64,000 nt of DNA from Deltaproteobacteria bacterium. GTDB lineage: Bacteria > Myxococcota_A > UBA9160 > PR03. Positions 52,559 to 62,267 of the stretch are shown here, piece by piece (position 1 is the stretch's first letter; each line of letters begins with the position of its first letter). The notes under the pieces were generated by a model. The model was not told the DNA's origin and ran no database searches. It saw only the letters and a list, made by a program, of their open reading frames with translations. Location: NCBI GenBank assembly GCA_031396445.1, contig JANNKU010000028.1, forward strand, positions 20,651 through 84,650. The letters are read 5' to 3'. The translations under genes and the position numbers were made by a program.

Positions 52559-52882
52559 ATGGCCACGAAGATCGCAAAGACCGGTATCACCCGTGAACGC
52601 GGGTGGCTCTATTACCTCGACAAGAACGGCGACGTGAGTCGCACCAAGATGGCGCGCGGCTCTGCGCCCACGCAGAAGAGCAAGCCGCAGCGGATCGCCA
52701 AAGTGGGCGTGAAGCGCGAGAGCGGCTTCCTCTATTTCGTCGACAAAGACGGTGACGTCGCGAAGGCGAAAATGGCGAAGCCCGGTTCGCGCCGAAAGAG
52801 CGTGCGCCGCGCAACGCCGCGCACACCGCGCCGCAAAGTGGCGGCGACGCGGACGAAGACCAAGCGCAGCGCTCGGCGCTAG
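52559..52882 (+). CDS. Small basic protein with two tandem ~30-aa repeats and a Lys/Arg-rich tail (function unknown; nucleic-acid binding plausible)
   Basis: AGGAGG RBS. Repeat 1: KTGITRERGWLYYLDKNGDVSRTKMAR. Repeat 2: KVGVKRESGFLYFVDKDGDVAKAKMAK. Tail: RRKSVRRATPRTPRRKVAATRTKTKRSARR. Confidence 0.7.
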   Translation: MATKIAKTGITRERGWLYYLDKNGDVSRTKMARGSAPTQKSKPQRIAKVGVKRESGFLYFVDKDGDVAKAKMAKPGSRRKSVRRATPRTPRRKVAATRTKTKRSARR

Positions 52883-52961
52883 GAGGCCGACTCGCAGTCG
52901 GCTGACGCGCAGCGAGCCGCAGGCGAGCGAAGTCCATGTGTTGCGCTGGGTTCGATCGAAG

Positions 52962-52993
52962 CGGCAGGCCGAACACACGCGCTCGGCCTGCCG
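52962..52993 (+). terminator. Strong GC hairpin (11-bp stem) followed by a T-containing tract; a second 7-bp hairpin lies at 52886-52902
   Basis: cggcaggccga-acacacgcgc-tcggcctgccg followed by tcgttcgttg. Earlier hairpin: gccgact-cgc-agtcggc, immediately after the stop codon. Confidence 0.5.
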
Positions 52994-53024
52994 TCGTTCG
53001 TTGCGATAGCGGTATGCTGGCCGC

Positions 53025-54494
53025 GTGACTTCCCCCGCCGGTCCCAGCGGCACTCCCTACGCGATCCTCATCGTCGATGATGAAGAAGGCATTCGCGAAA
53101 GCCTCGAGCTGACGCTCGCGGACGAGTACCGCGTCTTCACCGCGAAAAACGCACAAGAGGGTCTCGCGATCATCGAGCGCGAGAACATCGCGCTGGTGAT
53201 CGCCGATCAGGTGCTGCCCGGCATGACCGGCGTCGAGTTTCTCGAGAAAGTGATCGAGCACAATCCGAACGCGATCCGGATGATGCTCACCGGCTATGCG
53301 GACGTCGCGTCGATCGTGCGCGCCGTCAACGAAGGCCGAATCTATCGCTACATCCCGAAGCCGTGGGAGCCCGAGGAGCTGCGCGTCAACGTGCGTCGCG
53401 CCCTCGAGTCGTACTCGCTGGCGACGGAGAACGCGACGCTCGCCGCCGCGCTGCGCGACGCCAACGACCGGCTGCGCCAGGAAAATCTCTATCTGCGCCG
53501 CGAAGTGCAGCGGCGCTACGCCTTCGACAACTTGATCGGCTCGAGCCCGCCGATCCTGCGCGTCTTCGAGGTGATGGAGAAGGTCGCGACCACCGACGCC
53601 ACGGTGCTGCTCACCGGCGAGACGGGTACCGGCAAGGATCTCGTCGCGCGCGCGATCCACTACGCCGGCGTGCGCAAGAGCGGTCGCTTCGTGGCACAGA
53701 ACTGTGGCGCGCTGCCGGACACGCTGCTCGAGAGCGAACTCTTCGGCCACAAGCGCGGCGCCTTCACCGGCGCGCACGAAGACAAGAAGGGCCTCTTCGA
53801 GCTGGCCCACAACGGCACGATCTTTCTCGACGAGATCGGCGAGACGAATCTGAGCATGCAGGTACGGCTGCTGCGCGTGTTGCAAGACGGCGAGGTGCGC
53901 CCGCTCGGCGCCTCCGAAACGCGCAAGGTCGATGTGCGCGTGATCGCCGCGACCAATCGCGATTTGCGCAAGATGGTGCAAGAAGGCGCGTTCCGCGAAG
54001 ACCTCTACTACCGGCTGCGCGTCGTCGAGATCACGATCCCGCCGCTGCGCGATCGCCGCGAAGACATCCCCGTGCTCGCGCATCACTTCCTCGAGGACGC
54101 CAACAAGCGCATGAGCCGCGGCATCAAGGGTTTCACCAACGCGGTGATGGATCGCCTCGTCGCGCAGCAGTGGAGCGGCAACGTGCGCGAACTCCACAAC
54201 GAGATCGAGCGCATCGTCGCGCTGGCTGGCGACGCCGACACCATCACCGTCGAGATGCTCTCCGAACACGTGCGCGGCCGTCCCGCGAAGGACGACAGCA
54301 GCGCCGGCGGCGACGAGAGCGTCGATCTCTCCGACATGAATCTCGCCGTCGATGAACTCAAGCGAAAGCTGATCCGCCAGGCGCTCGAGGAAACCGGCTC
54401 GAAGAGCAAGGCCTCCGAGAAACTCGGGATCCCGCGGCAATCGCTGCAGAAGATGATGAAGCGGCTGGGGATGAAGGACGCGGGCGCGGACTGA
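53025..54494 (+). CDS. NtrC-family sigma-54-dependent response regulator (REC + AAA+ + Fis HTH)
   Basis: REC: ILIVDDEEGIRE...LVIADQVLPGMTG...KPW. AAA+: GETGTGKD, GAFTGA, FLDEIGE, WSGNVREL. HTH: ASEKLGIPRQSLQKMMKRLG. Confidence 0.9.
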   Translation: MTSPAGPSGTPYAILIVDDEEGIRESLELTLADEYRVFTAKNAQEGLAIIERENIALVIADQVLPGMTGVEFLEKVIEHNPNAIRMMLTGYADVASIVRAVNEGRIYRYIPKPWEPEELRVNVRRALESYSLATENATLAAALRDANDRLRQENLYLRREVQRRYAFDNLIGSSPPILRVFEVMEKVATTDATVLLTGETGTGKDLVARAIHYAGVRKSGRFVAQNCGALPDTLLESELFGHKRGAFTGAHEDKKGLFELAHNGTIFLDEIGETNLSMQVRLLRVLQDGEVRPLGASETRKVDVRVIAATNRDLRKMVQEGAFREDLYYRLRVVEITIPPLRDRREDIPVLAHHFLEDANKRMSRGIKGFTNAVMDRLVAQQWSGNVRELHNEIERIVALAGDADTITVEMLSEHVRGRPAKDDSSAGGDESVDLSDMNLAVDELKRKLIRQALEETGSKSKASEKLGIPRQSLQKMMKRLGMKDAGAD

Positions 54495-54512
54495 TTCGCG
54501 CCGCTGTGGGCG

Positions 54513-55463
54513 CTACGGCGCCTTGCGCTGTCGCTCGAGGAACGACCAGATCAGGTCGGTCGCGTTCACGCCCGACGGCTCTGGATCGAGATTGCCGCCG
54601 GGCCAGCTGTGCTGCTCGGCGAGCGCGACATCGAGTTCGACTTCGGTGCCGCCCGCTCCGCCGCCGCTTCGGATTCGGTAGATGAGTCCGTCCGCCGTGA
54701 GCGCGGCTTCCGGCGGCTGCGTCGCGCCATCGACTGCGACGAAATGAAAGTAGGAATCGAGTGTCGGCACGTGAACCGCATCGGTGACGCCCGAGGCGCC
54801 CAGGCCACCCCAGAACGGAACGTTCTCATCGCGCCAACCCTGGATGATTTTCACCGACACGGGCGCCACGGGCGGCGGCGGCACGATGAACGGCGCGTCG
54901 GGCGACGCCTGTCCGGTGACGGCGCCCGCGACGACGGCGATCGCAGCGATCGCATCGCCGTGCTCGATCGCCATCCGATACGCCATGATCGCTCCGTTCG
55001 AGTGACCCGCGACGTAGATCCGCGCGCGCTCCACTTTCAGCGCTTCGGCGAAGAGCTCGATCAGGAGGCGCAGGAAGCCCGCATCATCCACGCCCGATGC
55101 GAGGGCTGGCCCACAGCAGTGGTAGCCGTTCCACGTGCGCACGACGCCAGTACCGTCGGGATACACCGAGAGGAAGCCCTCGGCGTCGGCCTTCGCCGAC
55201 ATCGCTGCGGTGTTCGCGGCTTGCTGGCCGCTGCCGAAGCCGCCGTGCAAGAGCAGCAGCAGCGGAAGCGCAGCGGCGCTGTCGTATTGCGGCGGAACAT
55301 GGAGGATGAAGGTTCGCTCGATTCCGTCCCACGGCAGCGATAATGCGTAGTCGCCGGCATCGAGTTGCTCGATCTTCTGGGCCTGCGCCGTCGGCGGATG
55401 CGCCAGCAGTACCAAGGCGCAGGAAATCGCGATGCTCGCGAGGTACCGACGCGTTCGTCTCAT
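54513..55463 (-). CDS. Secreted esterase of the PHB-depolymerase/LpqC family
   Basis: ATG 55463 (MRRTRRYLASIAISCALVLLAHPPTAQA signal). LLLLLHGGFGSG, nucleophile GHSNGAIMAY. ATGA overlap with the upstream methyltransferase gene. Confidence 0.75.
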   Translation of the reverse strand: MRRTRRYLASIAISCALVLLAHPPTAQAQKIEQLDAGDYALSLPWDGIERTFILHVPPQYDSAAALPLLLLLHGGFGSGQQAANTAAMSAKADAEGFLSVYPDGTGVVRTWNGYHCCGPALASGVDDAGFLRLLIELFAEALKVERARIYVAGHSNGAIMAYRMAIEHGDAIAAIAVVAGAVTGQASPDAPFIVPPPPVAPVSVKIIQGWRDENVPFWGGLGASGVTDAVHVPTLDSYFHFVAVDGATQPPEAALTADGLIYRIRSGGGAGGTEVELDVALAEQHSWPGGNLDPEPSGVNATDLIWSFLERQRKAP

Positions 55464-56086
55464 CACTCGCTCCTCCGCCACACACTCGCGAGCCACGGCT
55501 GCTGCTCGCGTGGCAACCCATCCGGCCGGTAGTAGTGCTCGACTTCGACGAAGCCGGCACCGGACACAAAGGTGCGCCACGCATCGAGATCGTGGTACGC
55601 GGCGTAGCGGTCCTGGTTCCAGCCTTCCTCGTTCGCGCCGCGTGGGTTGGAGGCGAAGAGGACGCCGCCGCGCTTCAGCGTCGATCGCAACTGGCGCAGC
55701 ACGCGCGGAAGTTCGCGCGACGGGACGTGGAAGAGCGAGGCGTTGGCGAACACGCCGTCGAAGCGTTCGTCCGGTAGATCGAGCGCCAGGAAGTCCTGCT
55801 GCCAGACCTCGCAACCGCTGTCCGCGCGCGCCATCGCGACGAAGCGACCGGCGCCGTCGAGGCCGATCGCCGTGTGACCGCGGCGCGTGAACGTCTGCAG
55901 ATCGCGGCCCGGCCCGCAGCCGAAGTCGAGGATCGCGAACGGCGGCGTTGCCTCGATGTGACGCAGCATCGCGTCAATGTTCTGGCTGACGTCGTGGTCG
56001 CGCGTGCCGTCGCGAAAATCCTCGGCGCGCTGCTCGTAGTGGGCGAGCGTCGCGGCGGAGACATCGCGAGGCGTTTCTCTCGTCAT
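55463..56086 (-). CDS. Class I SAM-dependent methyltransferase
   Basis: SAM motif I ILDFGCGPGRD, FDGVFANASLFH, LKRGGVLF. Confidence 0.8.
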   Translation of the reverse strand: MTRETPRDVSAATLAHYEQRAEDFRDGTRDHDVSQNIDAMLRHIEATPPFAILDFGCGPGRDLQTFTRRGHTAIGLDGAGRFVAMARADSGCEVWQQDFLALDLPDERFDGVFANASLFHVPSRELPRVLRQLRSTLKRGGVLFASNPRGANEEGWNQDRYAAYHDLDAWRTFVSGAGFVEVEHYYRPDGLPREQQPWLASVWRRSE

Positions 56087-56142
56087 GCTTCCCCTGCGCC
56101 GACGCTGGCACTCAGAAGCCTCAGCTTACCTCCGCCGGAGAC

Positions 56143-56922
56143 TCACACTACGCCCGGGTACGAGCCCCCGTCGATCTGCAGGTTCTGTCCGGAGACGAAG
56201 CCCGCCTGCGCGCCGCAGAGGAACGCGCACGCGGCGCCGAACTCTTCCGGGGTGCCGAGCCGCCTGGCCGCGATCGTGGACGCCATCTCCTTGTATGCCT
56301 CTTCGAGCGTTACGCCGCCGCTCTTCGCGCGGAGCTCCGCCATGAAGCGCTGCCGATCGGTGTCGATGCGCTCGGGCAGCAGGTTGTTGATCGTCACGTT
56401 GTCGCGCGCGACTTCTCGCGAGAGGCCCTTACACACCGCGGTGAGTCCGCTGCGCGCGGCCGTCGAGAGGCCCATCGCAACATGCGGCGCCTTCACCATC
56501 GCCGACGTGATGTTGACGATGCGACCGAAGCGGCGCGCGCGCATGCCGCCGATCACGCCACGGATCAGCAGCACGGGCGCCAGCAGGTTGGCCTCGAGCG
56601 CTTCGAGCCAGCGCGCGTGATCCCAATCCTCGAAGCGGCCGGGCGCCGGCCCACCGTTGTTGTTGACGAGGATGTCGGGATCGGGGCAAGCGTCGAGAAA
56701 TCTTTGGCGGCCCGCGTCGGTGCAGAGATCGGCCACGACTGCGGTGATGCTTGCGCCGGTCGCCGCGCGCAGTTCTTCGGCGGTTGCTTCGAGTCGCGCT
56801 GCATCGCGCCCGTTCACGACGACGATCGCGCCCTCGGCGGCGAGCGCGTGTGCGCAGGCTTTGCCCAATCCTCGACTCGACGCACAGACCAGCGCACGAC
56901 GCCCCGCAATGCCCAGATCCAT
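56143..56922 (-). CDS. SDR-family oxidoreductase
   Basis: ATG 56922 preceded by AGGAGG. ALVCASSRGLGKA, NNNGGP. C-terminal VSGQNLQIDGG. Confidence 0.8.
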   Translation of the reverse strand: MDLGIAGRRALVCASSRGLGKACAHALAAEGAIVVVNGRDAARLEATAEELRAATGASITAVVADLCTDAGRQRFLDACPDPDILVNNNGGPAPGRFEDWDHARWLEALEANLLAPVLLIRGVIGGMRARRFGRIVNITSAMVKAPHVAMGLSTAARSGLTAVCKGLSREVARDNVTINNLLPERIDTDRQRFMAELRAKSGGVTLEEAYKEMASTIAARRLGTPEEFGAACAFLCGAQAGFVSGQNLQIDGGSYPGVV

Positions 56923-56935
56923 CCTGTGTACCTCC

Positions 56936-58582
56936 TCAGCTCCCGAGAATGTGATCGAGCGCGGCGCGCAGAGCGTCGCGCGGATTCTCGACGCCGCGCG
57001 CGGATCGCCATGCGACGTGCTGGTCGGGTCGCACCAGCAGCGCTCCGTCCGCACCGATGCCGAGCGCGTGCGCCCAGCTTTGATCGACGTCGGCGACATC
57101 GTCGCCGATCGCGACACAGTGCAGCGGCGGCGTAGCGATCTCCGCCGCCGCCGTCGCCCAACGTTTCCCCGCACGGCCGGTGATCAGCGTGAAGCGGTCG
57201 TGCGCAACGAGGTCGAGCGTCGAGCGATGCGGGGAACCGTGATCGAGCCAGGCATGCGGCAGCCTCGCACCCGGCCGACCGCTCGGCACGTACTCGCGCA
57301 CGGGATTTTCGACCGCCGGTGCATCGCTGCCGTCCGGCACCAGTGCGCCCGCGTCGTAACAGAAGCCGAGCTGAAGCCCGAGCATGTCAAAGTGCTCGGC
57401 TTGATTCGCGATCGCGGCGCGCACCTCTTCGCGTGCGCCATCGCCGTTCGGGCCGAGCGCTTGAAACACCTCGACAAGCTTCGCAGCATTGCGCGCGCTG
57501 GCCTGCGCGTTCGCATGCGCCACCGGACGCCGTTCGGTGTCGTAGCTGTCGAGCAACGTCACGGGCGCCCAGCCGGATTCGATCGCAGCGATCTTCCAGA
57601 CGAGGTTGTGCGCGTCCTGCACGCCGGTGTTGAGGCCGAGGCCGCCGGTCGGCGGGAAGCGGTGCGCGGCGTCGCCGATCAGGAAGCATCGTTCGGCGCG
57701 ATAGCGCGCGGCGATCTGCAAACTCATGTGCCAGGTGCGGATCGTGCGGATGGGAACCGCGAACTTCGTCGTCCCTAGCGCGCGGCGCACGATCTCGGCG
57801 CACACCGGCTCGCTGTATGCCTCGGCCGATTCCTGCTCGGGATCCCAAGCGTGCATGAAGACCCACGTCGAGTCGATGTCGTGCGCGATGAAGGTGCCGG
57901 TCCCGCCTGGCGCCGTGGTCCAGTAGAGCACGGCCGGGCGCTGTCCGACGAGGCCGCGCAGATTCGCCTCGAAGTGAATCATCACGAACGAACGCAGCCG
58001 CGCCGGGCCGGCCATTTCGATACCCAACGCTTTACGCACGCGGCTGCCGGCGCCGTCCGCCGCGAGCAGGTAGCGAGAGCGGACGGAGAGAATGCGATCG
58101 GTCTCGACGTTGCGGATCTGCGACGTGACGCCGTCTGCATCCTGCTCCGCCGACACCCACTCGTGACGGCGCCAGAGCGACGCGGCGGAGCGTTTCTCGA
58201 GATCGTCCAGCAGGATCGGCTCGAGTTTGTGTTGGGAGAGGTTGCGGAGCGGTGTTGGCGTGAGCGCGCGCGTGTCGTCGCCCTGGCGTTCGAAGGGGAG
58301 ACAACCGATCTCGTCGCCCGCGAGTGTCGTCATCCAACGCACGAAGCCCGCGTCCGCGGGATCCTTGCACGCCGCATCGAGCGCGGATGCATCGACGCCG
58401 GCCGCGCGGAGGATCTCGAAGGTGCGCGCATTCACGACGTGCGCAGCGGGCGCCGACTCCGGCTCGCTGCGTCGTTCGACGACGAGACTCTCGATGCCTT
58501 GTTGCGCGAGCAGGATCGCCGCCGCGAGCCCGACGGGCCCGCCGCCCACGATCAATACGGGCACTTCGATTTGCTCGCTCAT
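56936..58582 (-). CDS. FAD-dependent aromatic-ring monooxygenase (PheA/TfdB/MhpA class)
   Basis: VLIVGGGPVGLAAAILLAQQG dinucleotide fold. CFLIGDAAHRFPPTGGLGLNTGVQDAHNL (DG/GD motifs). C-terminal thioredoxin-like extension typical of phenol-hydroxylase-type enzymes. Confidence 0.8.
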   Translation of the reverse strand: MSEQIEVPVLIVGGGPVGLAAAILLAQQGIESLVVERRSEPESAPAAHVVNARTFEILRAAGVDASALDAACKDPADAGFVRWMTTLAGDEIGCLPFERQGDDTRALTPTPLRNLSQHKLEPILLDDLEKRSAASLWRRHEWVSAEQDADGVTSQIRNVETDRILSVRSRYLLAADGAGSRVRKALGIEMAGPARLRSFVMIHFEANLRGLVGQRPAVLYWTTAPGGTGTFIAHDIDSTWVFMHAWDPEQESAEAYSEPVCAEIVRRALGTTKFAVPIRTIRTWHMSLQIAARYRAERCFLIGDAAHRFPPTGGLGLNTGVQDAHNLVWKIAAIESGWAPVTLLDSYDTERRPVAHANAQASARNAAKLVEVFQALGPNGDGAREEVRAAIANQAEHFDMLGLQLGFCYDAGALVPDGSDAPAVENPVREYVPSGRPGARLPHAWLDHGSPHRSTLDLVAHDRFTLITGRAGKRWATAAAEIATPPLHCVAIGDDVADVDQSWAHALGIGADGALLVRPDQHVAWRSARGVENPRDALRAALDHILGS

Positions 58583-58593
58583 CCGCGCGCTCC

Positions 58594-59523
58594 CTAGGCG
58601 CCGAACGGAGTCGGCGCCGGCGGGCCCCAGTGTGACTCGGCGCCGGACGGCGTGATCGCAACACCGCCGGTGGCGGTCGATGCGTTGAAGAGATCGCCAT
58701 CGGTCCAGTGCTCGACGACGTTGCCGAAGGGGTCGCGCCAGTAGTCGTAGATCTGCGAGCCGACGACGTGGCGACCGACGCCCCAGTGATGCGCGTAGTT
58801 GCGGCCGCGCAGGTGTTCGTGCCCCGCCATCAAGTCGTCGAGGTCCTGCACCTCGAACGAGACGTGATTCAGCTCGACGCGGCCCGCGCCGACCGCGAGG
58901 AATGTGTGGTGGTCCACGTAGTCGTCGCCGCGATCGAGGCGCATGAAGGCGGCGAGCACCGTCTCGCGGTCGCCGAGATACACCTCGTCGGAGTTCCGGA
59001 AGCCGAAGTGGGAGCGATAGAACGCCTCGGTCTCGCGGAAGTCGTTCACGAGCAGCACGAAGTGGCCGAGCCGCTTCACGTGCGCGGGCCCGCGCTCGAC
59101 GGACTGGCGCTCCCCCAGCCGCGCGCGACAGGATTCCGTGTTGAGCGGCCGTCGCGTGGGCAGCGGCAGTGCTTCGACGGAGTGGATGCCGTGGACGACT
59201 TCGATCTCGATCCCGTTCGGATCGCGCAGGCGCACGCGTGACCCGCCGCCCGGTTCATCGATTGCTTCGATCGCGCTGGCTCCGGGCACACGCGCAATCG
59301 AAGCGAGGTCGGCGGCGCTGGCCGCCTCGAATCCAACGCCGACAAAAGCGGGCTCTCCCAGCTCCGTCACATGGATGTGATGGTGCGTGTCGGCGCCGCG
59401 CATGTAGAGCGCCGTGTCGGTGCGCGCCGAACGGACCAGACCGAAGTCCGTCAGGAACGATTCCATCCGGTCGAGGTCGGGGGCGCGAAACCGGATGTGG
59501 GCGAGATCGTTGATGCGGATCAC
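58594..59523 (-). CDS. Two-domain VOC-superfamily extradiol ring-cleavage dioxygenase
   Basis: 309 aa with two glyoxalase/bleomycin-type modules: LAHIRFRAPDL... and RLGHFVLLVNDF.... Metal ligand contexts HHTFL, NHVSFEV, DPFGNVVEH. Confidence 0.75.
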   Translation of the reverse strand: MIRINDLAHIRFRAPDLDRMESFLTDFGLVRSARTDTALYMRGADTHHHIHVTELGEPAFVGVGFEAASAADLASIARVPGASAIEAIDEPGGGSRVRLRDPNGIEIEVVHGIHSVEALPLPTRRPLNTESCRARLGERQSVERGPAHVKRLGHFVLLVNDFRETEAFYRSHFGFRNSDEVYLGDRETVLAAFMRLDRGDDYVDHHTFLAVGAGRVELNHVSFEVQDLDDLMAGHEHLRGRNYAHHWGVGRHVVGSQIYDYWRDPFGNVVEHWTDGDLFNASTATGGVAITPSGAESHWGPPAPTPFGA

Positions 59524-59641
59524 GGGGCTCTCCTCGGGTCGTCAGGCGCTTACTCGGGCGTATAATCCCCTCGATAACGGTATTGGTCAAGTGAGTAATT
59601 CGAAGATTTCGCTGCTAGCCTGGATCGCCGGGGAGAACGCG

Positions 59642-60346
59642 ATGACGGCAAAGCCGAAACGACGAGTCGTGCGCCGCGCCGCGACCCGCGCGCGCAAGAG
59701 CAGGGCGCTGGCCGTCGCAGCGCCGCGCGAAGCGGAGCCGGGCGCGCGTGTGCGGATTCTCGTCGCGGCGCTGCAGGTCTTCGCCGAGCACGGCTTCGAT
59801 GGCGCTCGCACCCGCGAGATCGCCGAGCGAGCCGACGCCAACCTCGGACTCATCAAATACTACTTCGGCTCCAAAGCGAAGCTGTGGGAGGCGGCGATCT
59901 CGCTCGCGTTTCTCGATCTCCAGAACGAGCTCGGCGACGCGATCGCTCCGCCTGCGGGCGAAGGCGCCGACGAGCGCGTGCGACTCGAGCGATTCTTGCG
60001 CCGCTTCGTGAACTTCGTCGCGCGACGTCCCGAGTTCATGCGCATGATGAACGACGAGGGAAAGCGCGATGGCCCGCGCATGCGCTGGCTCGCCGATCAC
60101 TACGTGAGGCCGATGAATGAAGCGGTGCGCGCGATGTTGGAGCGCGCCGCGGCCCAGGGGATCACGCCGGCGATCTCGCCAGCAATCCTCCACTACATCG
60201 CGCTCGGCGCCGCGGGTCTCGTGTTCAGCCAGGCGCCCGAATGCAAGTACGTGACGGGCGTCGATCCGACCAGCGACGCCTTCGCCGCTGCGCATGCCGA
60301 CGCGCTCGTGCGGCTGCTGCTTCCGGTGAGCCCAGCCACCGCTTGA
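59642..60346 (+). CDS. TetR-family transcriptional regulator
   Basis: ATG 59642. HTH: ILVAALQVFAEHGFDGARTREIAERADANLGLIKYYFGSKAKLW. Divergent from the ring-cleavage cluster. The intergenic region contains TATAAT (59561-59566) and is conspicuously AT-rich for this sequence. Confidence 0.85.
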   Translation: MTAKPKRRVVRRAATRARKSRALAVAAPREAEPGARVRILVAALQVFAEHGFDGARTREIAERADANLGLIKYYFGSKAKLWEAAISLAFLDLQNELGDAIAPPAGEGADERVRLERFLRRFVNFVARRPEFMRMMNDEGKRDGPRMRWLADHYVRPMNEAVRAMLERAAAQGITPAISPAILHYIALGAAGLVFSQAPECKYVTGVDPTSDAFAAAHADALVRLLLPVSPATA

Positions 60347-60358
60347 GCGGCGCTCTCG

Positions 60359-61561
60359 TCAGGGCTTCGCGACGAAAACTTCCGCGCGCGTGAACGCCGG
60401 CGCGTCATCGCGCCGATACGGCCACATTTCGGTGTCGATCGACGCGAGCATCGCGCGCACGAAAGCGTCTTGTCGCTTGCGCGCGACATCGATCGCGACC
60501 TTGTGATTCAGGATCGCGAAGTAGACGACGCCGTGATCACGCGTGCGCAGCGCGCCGGCCAGCGCGCAAGCGCCGTAGTCGCCGTAGGTGCCGGTCTTGC
60601 CGACCACATGGCCGAGCTGTCCGGGGCCATCGAGGCGATGGCGAAGCGTGCCTTCGTCGATCCCCGCGACGGGAAGTACGTCGGCGAGCGAGTGCTGGCT
60701 CTTCGCGAGTTCGTCGTTCAGTGCGCGCAGCAGCGCGACGGCGGCGCGCGGGCTCAGCCGGTTGCGCGGGTTCGCGCCAGCCCCATCGCCGAGCGTGATC
60801 TCATCGCGCATCGCAGCGGGAACGCTTTCGCGCGCGATCGATTGCACCGCCGCGATGCCGCCCGCGGCGCCCGCGAAATCCGCAAAGATGTTGTTCGAGT
60901 AGTCGTTGAGCGCCTTCACGAGCGGAACCAGCGGCTGCGAGCGATGCGTCACGAGCAGCGTCCGCGCGGTCGCGCCCGCAGCCTTCGCGTTGCCAAATGC
61001 GATCGCCGGCTGCTTGGCGGGAACTGCGCTGCGAGACGCTTCGGCCGCGCGCACGATCGACCAGGTCGGCGCCGGGATCTTGCCGGACAACGCTTGTTGG
61101 AGTCGCCCCGCGGCGCCCGCCCGCGTCCAGTTGAAAAGGAACGGCGTGGGTGATGTGACGTTGCCCGCGACGCGGCGCAGCCCGAGATCGTGCAGCGCGA
61201 GCATCACGAGCAGCGCGTTCTCATCGACAAAGAACGGATCACCCGAGCCCTCGACGACGAGATCTCCCGCGATTGCACCCTCGCGCAGCGGGCCGCTCGC
61301 CGAGAAGCGCGTCGCGAAGCGGTAGTCGGCGCCGAGCTCGCGCAGCAGCGCCAGCGTCGTCGGCACCTTCGACACCGAAGCGGGATGCACCGCGCGCTCC
61401 GCCGCCTGCGCAACGAGCACCGTGCCATCCTCCGCCTCGACGTAAACACCCTGGTCCGCGCCCACCAACGCCCGCGCCTGCCCCGCGAGATCGCCCGCCG
61501 CCAACGCCTCCGCACCCAACGCCATCGCAACAACGACAACCGCGAACCAACGCAACATCAC
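60359..61561 (-). CDS. dacB: D-alanyl-D-alanine carboxypeptidase/endopeptidase (PBP4, peptidase S13)
   Basis: Signal peptide MMLRWFAVVVVAMALGAEALA. SxxK PASVSKV, YSNN (SxN), KTGT (VVGKTGTYGD). Confidence 0.8.
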   Translation of the reverse strand: MMLRWFAVVVVAMALGAEALAAGDLAGQARALVGADQGVYVEAEDGTVLVAQAAERAVHPASVSKVPTTLALLRELGADYRFATRFSASGPLREGAIAGDLVVEGSGDPFFVDENALLVMLALHDLGLRRVAGNVTSPTPFLFNWTRAGAAGRLQQALSGKIPAPTWSIVRAAEASRSAVPAKQPAIAFGNAKAAGATARTLLVTHRSQPLVPLVKALNDYSNNIFADFAGAAGGIAAVQSIARESVPAAMRDEITLGDGAGANPRNRLSPRAAVALLRALNDELAKSQHSLADVLPVAGIDEGTLRHRLDGPGQLGHVVGKTGTYGDYGACALAGALRTRDHGVVYFAILNHKVAIDVARKRQDAFVRAMLASIDTEMWPYRRDDAPAFTRAEVFVAKP

Positions 61562-61602
61562 CCCGCCCCCCCAAATAAATCAAAACAATGTGCCCCGTCT
61601 CG

Positions 61603-61725
61603 AACCGGTGAGAAAGGGGACGGTCCTCGAAGTGACTGGCTGATGACTAGAGGGACACCCTTCATCGAGGCCCGTCCCTTTTCTCACCAGCCCGTCACTT
61701 CGAGGACCGTCCCCTTTCTCACCGG
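61603..61725. repeat. Foldback (MITE/REP-like) element, family A, copy 3
   Basis: 33-bp perfect terminal inverted repeat: accggtgagaaaggggacggtcctcgaagtgac (61603-61635) against 61693-61725. Internal partial arm gtcccttttctcacc (61673-61687). Located in the divergent dacB/ogt intergenic region. Confidence 0.9.
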
Positions 61726-61742
61726 TGGTATTGTGGTCGACC

Positions 61743-62267
61743 ATGGAGACGGTGCATTCGGCGAACTTCGAGTCTCCGATTGGTGTGCTGCGGATTGCGT
61801 CCACTGCGGAGGGCGTTGCCTATCTCGGGCTTCCGCGCGCGGGTGGACGCGGATTTGCGGGGTGGCTCGCTCGATCGGCGCGCGGTGCGCGACACGAGCA
61901 GGCTTATGCGCCGAATCGCGATGCGATTCGTCAGGTGGTCGAGTATCTCGACGGCAAGCGCAGCGACTTCGAGCTGGAACTCGATCTGCGTGGCACACCG
62001 TTCCAGCTCTCGGTGTGGAACGCATTGCGCGAGATTCCGTACGGCGTGACGCGAAGCTACGCCGACGTGGCGCGCGCGGTGCGCAATCCGAATGCGGTGC
62101 GCGCGGTCGGAACGGCCAACGGCGCGAACCCGGTCGCGCTCATCGTTCCGTGTCACCGCGTGATCGCGGCGGGCGGCAAGCTCGGCGGCTACGGCGGCGG
62201 TCTCGACCTGAAGCGACGACTGCTCGCGATGGAGCAAGCGTCGCGCGGGCCGGGAACGTTGCTATAG
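61743..62267 (+). CDS. ogt: Methylated-DNA--protein-cysteine methyltransferase
   Basis: TPFQLSVWNALREIPYGVTRSYADVA and active site IVPCHRVI. Confidence 0.9.
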   Translation: METVHSANFESPIGVLRIASTAEGVAYLGLPRAGGRGFAGWLARSARGARHEQAYAPNRDAIRQVVEYLDGKRSDFELELDLRGTPFQLSVWNALREIPYGVTRSYADVARAVRNPNAVRAVGTANGANPVALIVPCHRVIAAGGKLGGYGGGLDLKRRLLAMEQASRGPGTLL

